From NCBI RefSeq assembly GCF_006345805.1, contig NC_043000.1:27156001-27220000 (forward strand): a stretch of DNA of 64,000 bases, written 5' to 3'. A program made the translations under genes and the position numbers. This stretch comes from Octopus sinensis. Its lineage: Eukaryota. The notes below the pieces were generated by a model. The model made no database searches. It saw only the letters and a program-made list of their open reading frames with translations, and was not told the DNA's origin. How positions within the stretch are numbered: position 1 is the first letter of the stretch; each line of letters begins with the position of its first letter. Positions 53,608 to 64,000 of this stretch are shown piece after piece.

Positions 53608-54358
53608 CACGTGAACTTTACGTTAGGTAATATATGCTTGTGTCTTATTTTAACTTCCAAAGGCAAATTGCATGCAGTTAGAAATCAGAATCTGGCTTAT
53701 GGCAACAGGGGGCCATATTTTATCTTTAGCCTTTCTCAATGGGAAATACTGAAGAGGGATAACCCTGCGTAGATTCAAATCCGTATCTTTTACCCCAGAA
53801 CAATCATCATTAGTGACTGAGCTGCGCTCTTAAATCCGCATGGTGACAGCGCAGTCTGTGATACTTATTTATTTATTTTTGTAAAGCTACTGCTTGAATC
53901 TCGGCACGGTTATCTCTCTTCGGTAGTTCCCATTGAAGGTGGCTAAAGGGCCAGAAATGCACATCTGGGGATCGACTGGAGGAAAGTGCTGAGTTTTTAC
54001 ACCTTTTGCCATAAGAGTGAATTTTTTTTTATCTACGGCATCTGCAGTGAGATTGCCTTCAGAATTTAAAAGATATTACGACCTAAATTAAAAATTTGTT
54101 TATACTTCTTCACTGCTTGGCGCTGATGTTGTTATATTTATTCCGACCTGGAGGTTTACAAGCGCAGATCAGTCAATGAAGGGGATTATTTTTAGATGAA
54201 ACTACGGCTATGAATCTGCTCGGGTTATCTGCCTTCGTTATTCCACATTGAATGAAGATGGCTAAAAAGTCAGAAATGCAGGTCTGAGAATCCGCTAGAG
54301 GGAAGCGCTAGGGAGAAAATGTATTTTCACAACTGCAGTGAGTTTGTCTTTAGAAGTT

Positions 54359-54564
54359 TACTCTTTTACTCTTTTACTTGTTTCAGTCATTTGTTTGCGG
54401 CCATGCTGGAGCACCGCCTTTTAGTCGAGCAAATCTGCCACAGGACTTATTCTTTGTAAGCCTAGTACTTATTCTATCGGGCTCTTTTGCCGAACCGCTA
54501 TGTTGATGAAAACACACCAGCATCGGTGTGGGGGCAAAAACACAGACACACACACACACGCACG

Positions 54565-54595
<31 letters not shown>

Positions 54596-54610
54596 TATAT
54601 ATATATATAT

Positions 54611-54665
<55 letters not shown>

Positions 54666-54813
54666 CGACGGGATTCTTTCAGTTTCCGTCTACCAAATCC
54701 ACTCACAAGGTTTTGGTCGGCCCAAAGCTATAGTAGAAGACACTTTGCCCAAGGTGAACCCGGAACCATGCGGTTTGTAAGCAAGTTACTTACCACACAA
54801 CCACTCCTGCGCC
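54359..54813 (-). mobile_element. SINE family B, full length
   Basis: Reverse complement of the family B layout. Confidence 0.85.
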
Positions 54814-55485
54814 TAGATATGTCCCAAACATATTTTAACTGAAGTAAACTTCGTTTATTCCTCTTCACTGCTTGGCGTTGTTGTTGATGCATACATATAC
54901 ACAACAGCCTTCTTTCATTTTCAATCCATTTGTCCAAGGTGCTACGCGGTGGGACTTGAACAACCGGGAACTATGTGTTTCTGAAGCAAGCTTCTAATCA
55001 CAGCCACATACAACGTAGATATGTGTTTCCGTCAAAATTTAATAGCACTAAATTATAGAATCTGCTAGGTCACGCTGAAGTTACGTTTTGTGTTATCATA
55101 CTCTATTCAATTTAATTGTTGTTCAAAGTGTAACCAGGTGTCGTTGGTTTTTTTGCTATCCCTTGCAGATATTGTTTATATTTTATGGGATCTTTTTCTT
55201 CTTAGATTTGGTTTCGGACTTATTTTGAATCGTATTATTTCTTATCGGTATTTTGTAAGTTCATATCCATTCTTATATATCAGTCCTGAATTGGTGGATT
55301 GGTTTGAGCTGGTTCTTTACAATATCATTTGTAGAGCCAATACTTGGAAGTTAGTAGGCACATTGATTGTAGTTTAAGACATTATAAAATGTATCTGTCT
55401 GTCATGTCTGCATGTAGCAGTGATGTCCTGTCGGTGTGTCTTGTCTGACTATATGCATATATACATATGTGTAGTATGTATGTAT

Positions 55486-55540
<55 letters not shown>

Positions 55541-56095
55541 ATAAAATAATATAAGCATTGGTTTTAATGTTGGCACAACGGCGGCTGGTTTGGGCGAGGG
55601 GTTTATCAATTACATCAATACCGGTGCTAAACTGGTACTTACTTCAACGATCCCGAAAGGATGAAAGTCAAAGCCGACGTCAGCGGAGTTTGGAAGACAT
55701 ATATATATATATATATATAATATAATATTATATATATATATATATAATATATATATATATATATACTAATAAAAATGGGCCTTATCAGAATTAAATCTAA
55801 AAGCAAAATTATAGTGGTCGCTTAAACCGTTTGGAAAATCAACATATGATTTAAACGGCCTTTCTTATATGATTGAAAGAGGAAGTTGAGCTTAGAGCTA
55901 GGCTTTATAAGCCGCTGAAGAGAACTAATGTGTCAACACTAACATTCAAAATCGTGATCCAGCTTTACACGATAGGGACTTACCTCCCTTTTTCAATTAT
56001 TGAGTTAGAGTGATTTGTGGCTTTGGAGTTAATTTAACTAATATTTTAGCATAAACGGTGCTGGTCAGCACACTCCGTCACTTTTGTGACCTCTA

Positions 56096-56138
<43 letters not shown>

Positions 56139-56160
56139 GCACACAAACACACACACACAT

Positions 56161-56191
<31 letters not shown>

Positions 56192-56193
<2 letters not shown>

Positions 56194-56462
56194 CTTGTAA
56201 TATTAAGGATACAATTTTTCAAGAAAAATATTATCAGTGGCCAGCATATTAAAATACCTTTTAAGGGGAAAATTATAAACAATTATAAATAAGGGCAAAA
56301 CAAAAAGAATATTTTATGCCAACATACTGAAATTAGAATTTAGATCGTCTAACTACATACAGCATTTTTCACTATAAAAATATTGTATGTGATTAGAAGA
56401 TCTAAACTTAAATTTCAGCATATTGGTATAGATATTTTTTCTTTTGCCCTTATTTGTTGATA
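56192..56462 (+). mobile_element. Diverged member of the (TA)n-flanked foldback family
   Basis: T-like gcatattaaaataccttttaagg..aaattataaacaa, then arms 56285-56369 and 56377-56462 around a ~7-nt loop. Confidence 0.6.
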
Positions 56463-56926
56463 TATATGTGTATGTAGGTATTGTAATTATACATACGCTT
56501 TCCATTGTGGATTGTAAAAACAAGAATTGAATCGGAACTCACACTGGTCTGGGTAGAAGGTCTTGATTTTTCTCACCAATGTATGAAAATTACATATCGG
56601 GAGTTGATTCCTGGGGTTTTTCCAAGCATATCACGTATATGTCTAGTGAAGTCTGATGTAGCAGTATCACAGTAGGATCAGTGCACCGTTTCCTGTTCGC
56701 CTTAAGTTATCCCTTTCTATATTTTACCGATTTTTCGTCATCGAAATAAATAAAAGAAAAACTGTGAAAATGTACAATTCACATAACTAAACTTCTGAGA
56801 CGCAGGCAGTTTGGTGCCACAAGCAAATATTGGTTAATAATTGTAAAGTATCTAGAAAGGCAATTGAATATTATATTTATTCTATGTAAAGCGTAGGAGT
56901 GGGTGTGTGGTAAGTAGCTTGCTTAC

Positions 56927-58956
56927 TTCAGGTTACCCAGAATGCAACACTAGTTGGTCTGGACTGTTACAGTGACAAGATGTGAGTTTTTTGGGGCTCC
57001 GTGAATAGAAAAAAGAACAAAAAGAAAATTGTCAATTATGGCTCGCTATAACGGTGAATTGAGAATTTTTGCTTGAAAATTCTTTTTGTAAATTCTAGTG
57101 GGCGTATCCCGCCAGAAAAAGTACAATTTTTCCGAATAAGACATTTGGATTACCTTTTTGGAGTATTATACAAAGGATTCCCTGTCTGTGCTATTTGTGA
57201 GCTTTTTCTTTTACTTTTCCCTTCTATTTTTTTTCTTTCCTTCTAAATTTTGGTTCATTCTTTTCATTACTTTAATTTCAGTTTCCTTTCCTCCTCTTTT
57301 ATTTTGTTATATTTTTATTCGGTTTAAATTTTTTGGCAGACTGTCTTTTGAACTAATTTTGAACTGTTTTTGACATGGCAGAGAAGGAGCTTAAAAAGAA
57401 AAACTCTGTCTTAGAGTGGGAAGTTAACCCGCCTAAGCAGTGGTTAAAAGATATGGAGGAGAAGACGGTGGTGCTTAGAACTTATTCTAAAGTTCTTAAT
57501 TCCATCACCGTCTTCCCAAAACAAGTTATAAAAAATGAACTTAAAAACTATTTGTCCTCTTTAAAATATATATCCCGTGGTGTCAAACATGCAACCGTAT
57601 GGTTGCTGTTTGACAACGGGGAAAAGGCTTCCCAGTTTGCGTATCAACCTTTAGAAGACAAGGAAATTACCTTCCTTCCGTCATATTGCGGGAGGAAATT
57701 AATAAGAGCCTGGGTAAGTGGGTTGCCCCCAGGCACCGAAGCGGATTGGATTGAAGATACCATCCGACGGGGACTGAGGGATGGCGGGTCCAGGCTCTTA
57801 AATGTAAGAGTATTGCCGGCGGTGGATTGGGAAGGGTCAAAAGCGATTTTGACCCTGTGGACCCCATCGGCCGCAACAGATTTGGTTTTTCCAGATTTCT
57901 TGAAAATGGCTGTCTGCATGTATCCGGTAATACTTGAGGGACGTCCCCCCAAGTGTCACTCGTGCCTGCAGCCAGGCCAAATTAAGAGGAACTGCCCCCA
58001 GGACCATAGTAAGGTCCTGGAACAGTCACTAGATTCCACCTCCCCTACCCGGTCAAAGGGTGAGGTGGATGTGGTCAAGGAGGCTTCATCCTCCTCAACT
58101 CAAAAAGGATTAAAAAGGAAGAAGGCGGGCAACAACAGTTGCTCGCCGAAGGAAACTAAGGCTTCGGGAGGTGGGGGAGAGTCTCCGAACAAAGCGGAAG
58201 AGCTCCACTCTTCCGATGTCAGGAAGAAAAGAAAAAAAGAAGAAAGAAGAACGGGTCATCTCAGCGGGGAGATGATGTGCCGTTTGCATGTCCCGAAGCT
58301 GTGCCACCCATGGTGGAAGAAACCAACCCCACGCTTAAAGATGATCAATTAATTATCTTTTTCTGTAATGGCGTGGAGGTGGAAATAATAGTAGAAGAAC
58401 ATAAAGGGACAGTAGATATGCCCTCCACACGGAATCCCTAATGGCCTCTGCAGATAGCTGTGGAGGTCATAAGGTTTCCCCTGTGGGAAAGGGTTAAAGG
58501 ATTTGGGGAGGAGTGTCACATGTGACCGGGTGGCCCTTACACGACTTACATGTCCTACATGAGTGAGGCATGGGAAATGGCGGGATACAGGAACTCAAGC
58601 GGCATTGAAGATAATGATGAATATATCAAAGTGTAGGAGGTGAAAGACCCTCGTTATAGGGTTTGAAACCTCATCTTATTGTATTACTTGTAGTGGTTTA
58701 TAACCTCAATTGAGTGTTTTAAAAAAAAACATGTTAAGTAAGAGGTTTTAGTACCTCCTTCTTGTAAGAGGTCTGCAAACTCATATTGATTTTTTTAAAA
58801 AAAGGAAATATATTTTTGAGAAAAATCCAATCGGCAGGTGTTGTGTTTCGTCTCTCATTTATTCATTCTATTTCATTTTCATTCATTAATGTATTTGTTC
58901 AGCCCGCAAAGCTACACACTCTTTGTACTGTCTATGATGACAAATTTTATGAAATA
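56927..58956 (+). mobile_element. ORF1-only (HAL1-like) L1/Tx1-type non-autonomous retroelement, 2030 bp, 15-bp TSD
   Basis: TSD AAGTAGCTTGCTTAC (56912-56926) / AAGTAGATTGCTTAC (58957-58971); AATAAA at 58953-58958; a single gag-like ORF; no EN or RT motifs seen. Confidence 0.8.
57375..58352 (+). CDS. Retroelement ORF1/gag-like protein, 325 aa, with a degenerate CCHC zinc knuckle; probably frameshifted near its 3' end
   Basis: EGRPPK-CHSCLQPGQIKRNC (CX2CX4[H>Q]X4C, 57954-57995), RRM-like VSGLPPG segment and a basic low-complexity tail. Another frame reads on with two stops to a TAG near 58636. Confidence 0.7.
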   Translation: MAEKELKKKNSVLEWEVNPPKQWLKDMEEKTVVLRTYSKVLNSITVFPKQVIKNELKNYLSSLKYISRGVKHATVWLLFDNGEKASQFAYQPLEDKEITFLPSYCGRKLIRAWVSGLPPGTEADWIEDTIRRGLRDGGSRLLNVRVLPAVDWEGSKAILTLWTPSAATDLVFPDFLKMAVCMYPVILEGRPPKCHSCLQPGQIKRNCPQDHSKVLEQSLDSTSPTRSKGEVDVVKEASSSSTQKGLKRKKAGNNSCSPKETKASGGGGESPNKAEELHSSDVRKKRKKEERRTGHLSGEMMCRLHVPKLCHPWWKKPTPRLKMIN

Positions 58957-60835
58957 AAGTAGATTGCTTACGAACCACATGGTTCATGGTTCAGTCCCAC
59001 TTCGTGGCACCTCGAGCAAGTGTCTTCTGCTAAAGCCTCGGGCCGACCAAAGCCTTGTAAGTGGATTTGGTAGACAAAGACTGAAAGAATCCCGTCGTAT
59101 ATATGTATATATATGTGTGTGTGTGTGTGTATGTGTGTGTGTGTGTGTGTATGTGCGTGTGTGTGTATGTTTGTGTGTCTGTGTTTGTCCCTCCAAAGTT
59201 GCTTGACAACCGATGCTGGTGTGTTTACATCCCCGTAACTTAGCGGTTCGGCAATAGGATTCGATAGAATAAATCCTGGGATCGATTTGTTCGATCGACT
59301 AAAGGCGGTGCTCGTGCAAGGCGACAGTCAAATCACTGAAACAAGTAAAAGAGAGTAAAAACAGAGTAATTACAGATATGTGTTTGTGGTTTAGACTTCG
59401 CTTTGCAAGCAACGTTTGTTTATAATTGTATCAGTGTTTGTTCCTCCGCCACTTGACAACCGATGTTGGTTTATTTACGTTCGCGCTACTGAGCATATTG
59501 CCACAAGAGGTGGCTTAAATTAGTTTTAGGCTTATAAATCAGTACTGGGGTCGACTAGTTGGATTAAAACCCATAAAAGAGACGCAATAGCGTGGCCACA
59601 CTTCAATGACCGAAAGAAATATAATATTTAGAAAAAGATAATTTATAAATTTAGCGCGTAGAAGCGCTCACAATTCGCGCCATAATTTTCTGGTGACCCT
59701 TCTCAAAATTTGCAGACCTCTCAAAATCTCCAGCAAAATGGTAATCTCTGAATTTGTAGCAAACGAGAACTTTGCTTGAGGTGTATTAACAAGTGAGAAA
59801 CAAGGCAAAAGAAAGGAAGAAAAAATCCCCCAAAAGCCAACGAAAAACAGAATTGCCAGTTGTACGATGACTAAGCCATACTCCAATATCACAAACATCA
59901 CAAACCCTGCCGTTAATGATACGAGAGACATAGAAATAGATAGGAAACAATTGAGTAAAAGTCTCCTCTCGCTTCATTCCATAACAGCAAATATAGGAGA
60001 GTTCACCAATGAAAATTTTCCATGAATGTGCATCGTCATAGAACTGATGGAACTGTTTTTAAATGTCAACAAATTGCGGTGGCCAACCAACCTTTCCAAA
60101 TATAATCCAGAGTGTTTTCATATTAACCGTGTCAAAGGCGTCTCTAAGATCAATAAACACTTGATAAAGATCAACATGCTGTTCAATGCATTTGGCATGA
60201 CTTAAGATCTGTCATGTAAAGTATCACACGTGGATCTATTATAAATACATGAATACATGAACAGCTACAGACATGCATCATACACCATATATACAAACAT
60301 ACTTACATGCACATATATGCGCATCTCTCTGTGCATACCGTTGTTTATTTTGATATATTTGATATCATATAGCATATTTGACTCTGCATTTCGTTCTGAT
60401 ATCTATATCAGATAATCGTTTATTCACTCAATAATATACGTTCAGTTATGTTAAACACTATACATTACACTGCATGTGCGTGTATGTATATATATATATA
60501 TATGTATATATATATGCATGCTAGCATGCGTGTATATGTATATATATAAATATCTATATATGGTGTATATATGTATATATATATATGCATGTAAGATGCG
60601 TGTATATAGATATAGAATATATATCTAATATAGAGCGAGAGAGAGAGAGACTCAAACACACACACGCGAGAGGAGAGAGAATGTATAGATATGCACACAA
60701 TATATATAAAAACATGCACACACACCCACACACACACATATATATATATATAAACATACATGCATGCACACATGCATACATACATACATACATACATACA
60801 TACATACATACATACATACATACATACATGCATAC

Positions 60836-60866
<31 letters not shown>

Positions 60867-61380
60867 GTGTGTGTGTGTGTATGTGTGCATATAAACCTAT
60901 TTGAGATGGAGAGAGAGACAGCAGAGAGGTATATACACTGAAACACAATCATACACACATACATATATGCGCACACATACACGCGCATACACACAAATAC
61001 ATGCACATTCATACATACGCGGAATTCCTTGTTTGCTTACCAATTTCCATTTCCATCTCTTTCTCTCTCTCTCTCTCTCTGTCCTCTTCGCCTCTCTCTC
61101 TCTCTCTCTCTCTCTCATTAAATACACATACACACCCATATTTTGATAGACAAACTGATAGACACACAAAACAATCTATGCGTATAAGTGTGAGCGTATT
61201 TGTATTTCTGTGTATTTGTTTGTGTTTCTGGATGTAAAGCTATACGTCGATCAGCTCCGCATTAGCTCTGATGGAGAAGACCGATGATCAAAGACGTTCC
61301 TACCGTGGACCTGCTGTTATTTTTATGTACTTGCATGCGTACATATATGCATAAGAGTTAATATACATACATGCATACAA

Positions 61381-61466
<86 letters not shown>

Positions 61467-62322
61467 GCTCAACAACATATCCATATAGCCACATACGGCA
61501 TGCACATACACACATTCATTGGCAAACATAAAATACATGATAGAGACGCTTGAACAAAAACGTTATCGGCATTTTTAATGATTCCCTCTTATGATTAATG
61601 GCAGAAGGAAGACCTATTATCTATTAATCTGTATTGAGTTCTTATTATTTATGTATAAAGGTTAATATGTACTGGAACATATAAAAGGGTGTGGTCGTTT
61701 TTATTGCTGTAGTGGTGAGATTAACGCAACAAGTTTATAAAATTGTAGAATAACGGAAATTTCAGTGTACGTTTGCAAGACATAGAGTGTTTAATTATTT
61801 AGGTGGAAACGGTAAGTGAGGATTAGCTTTGTAGTTAAGAAGTTCATTTTGCAAATACATGGTTTCAAGTTCTGCCCCCAATGGGTGAGGCTTTGGTGCA
61901 AGTGACATCTACTATGGTTCCAGGTCGGGTAATGACTTATGACTGAAGTTGGTAAACAGAAAATGTGTGGAAGCCAGTTATATATATACACACATATACA
62001 AGACTCGAGATGAGGAAAAAAGGTTCGTCATTTCTCTTAAAACAATTATGATTTCTGATGAACTAATGAATAATTATAAACTTATTCACTACCTATTTTG
62101 AACACTTCTATGTAAACTGCTTAAACACAAAGCCTCTCAACATTTTCTTATTGTCAAAGACTCTATCACTCTATTTTAGTACACCAGTATTAACTCATTT
62201 TTAACCCCACAAAGGTTACACAAAGCCTTATATTTTACTTTTGAAAATCCTTTTTTAAAAAAATGAAACCAGTGAAGTCAATAAACATCTTTAAAAGACT
62301 TCTGCATTTTCAAATCCTCTTC

Positions 62323-62357
<35 letters not shown>

Positions 62358-62836
62358 AAGAGGATATGTTAACCTCATAAAGTGATGGCTGCATCCAAGG
62401 GAATACTGGTTCAAGACCTAGTGTTGTTGCGGAGTGAAATTCCCTTAAGCACATACTTCATATCCAGTTAAATGAAGAAAAGAAAATGGAGAGTTGAAAG
62501 TTAACAAATATTTATTATAGTTGTTTCCATTAGTACTCACTAATTAAATTGCAAATGTGTGCAGAATTTCACCAGATAAAAAGCTATACCTTAAGATGTT
62601 ATATACCGACCAATCTGTTCATACCGACAGATTCGAAATTATTTATTATTTTGATATGCTCATAACATATAGATGCAGATTTAAAGCACAAATTTGTAAT
62701 TTAATTATAGAGTACTAATGGAAACGGCTGTAAGAAGTACAGATTACCAATTTGTTAATAATAAACAATTAACATTCAACTCTCCATTTTCTTCATTATC
62801 TATCTATCTGTTTATCTCTCTCCCTCTCTCTCTCTC

Positions 62837-62901
<65 letters not shown>

Positions 62902-62919
62902 CATATATATATACATCAT

Positions 62920-62992
<73 letters not shown>

Positions 62993-63614
62993 TTATGTAT
63001 TATATAGATATATATGTATATACATACAAGTATATATGTAGGAATGATTATATGTTCACGTGTGTGTGTTTATATGCCTTTCTCAGTATGTGTGCATATA
63101 AATGTATGTGTGTGTGTGCAGTGTCACTGAATTCTTACAAAGTTCACTTCGCAACGACAATGTTCCTCACACGGTTATCATCTTCTTTTGCTTCGCTTGC
63201 ATCGTTGCCATATGAGTGAGTCTGGATTAGTGGAAACCGAAGGGAAGCCCCTCGGGTGACTTGCAGGTGAAACACAGAATTACATTCACGTCACACTTAC
63301 AGTGACGTACTGATATTACCTGAGAATTAGGTTATGGGTAGACAGTGTGTGCAGACTTATGTTGTCACTTACACAGGTAATTCGGTTGAACTAACAACAG
63401 TATCCACATTGGCAATATTACCTGAGATTCCTCCATGAGCTTGTATAAGTGTGTGTTGTGTAAGAAGACAAGTAGAAAATAAAGAAAGAAAGCGGGAGAG
63501 ACAGAGCGACAGAGAAAAGAATGTTTTGTCTATAGTTTTATATATATATATATATATATAAATATAATATCTATATTATATATATATAATATCTGTGTAT
63601 TTATATATATATAG

Positions 63615-63645
<31 letters not shown>

Positions 63646-63685
63646 AATATATATATATATATATTATATAACTACATATCTATCT

Positions 63686-63759
<74 letters not shown>

Positions 63760-63789
63760 ATTCTATCTCTCTACCTCTCCATTTCTCAT

Positions 63790-63821
<32 letters not shown>

Positions 63822-64000
63822 GTAATGTATCAATGGTTGAACAGAAAGAATAGGAGAACAGTCAGACGAAAACAGAAATGCATTTTTATATACACAAGCA
63901 CACACACACACACACATACGCACACACACACACACACATACGCACACACACACACACACACAAAAGCACACACTGACACACATACACACACATGATGAGA

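Larger units (their letters stand above)
56891..59368 (+). mobile_element. SINE family B split by the ORF1-only insertion (head 56891-56926, remainder 58957-59368)
   Basis: Removing 56927-58971 restores gtgtggtaagtagcttgcttac-gaaccacatggttc, the family B head. Confidence 0.85.

Noticed and set aside
55090-55380. Possible Penelope RT relic on the minus strand
   Set aside because: No unambiguous RT motif; a profile search would be needed.
59668-59931. Hydrophobic 87-aa minus-strand ORF with a loose resemblance to KCNQ S2-S4 (EY..VGFWG..FAT..LQILR)
   Set aside because: Motif spacing differs from KCNQ, the S3 Asp and regular S4 Arg pattern are missing, and the T-rich strand explains the hydrophobicity. 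A tblastn/HMM hit or RNA-seq junctions would reopen it.

Overview
AT-rich eukaryotic DNA, almost entirely repetitive, with no host protein-coding gene I can support. The dense (TA)n/(CA)n/(TACA)n microsatellites and two abundant tRNA-type SINE families resemble an octopod cephalopod genome; this is inference from repeat style, not a database match. The window holds many copies of two SINE families (A and B, my labels), one copy of a third SINE, decayed RTE and L1/Tx1 LINE fragments, an R4/Dong-type 3' fragment with a (TAA)n tail, a near-full-length IR/DR Tc1 element, a deleted mariner, a rosa/DD41D-like relic, a probable Helitron helicase relic, several foldback elements and two near-identical (TA)n-bounded tandem duplications. 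Two observations stand out. (1) A head-to-tail array of ~562-bp units (16616-17883) in which each full unit carries a type I hammerhead-ribozyme-like fold, suggesting a retrozyme or Penelope-pLTR unit. (2) A 2.03-kb ORF1-only retroelement (56927-58956) with a 15-bp target-site duplication that splits a SINE head, ends in AATAAA and appears to keep splice signals in its UTRs. Most ORFs in the supplied track are microsatellite or low-complexity artefacts. All alignments and folds were done by eye, and boundaries of decayed elements are approximate (tens of bp).
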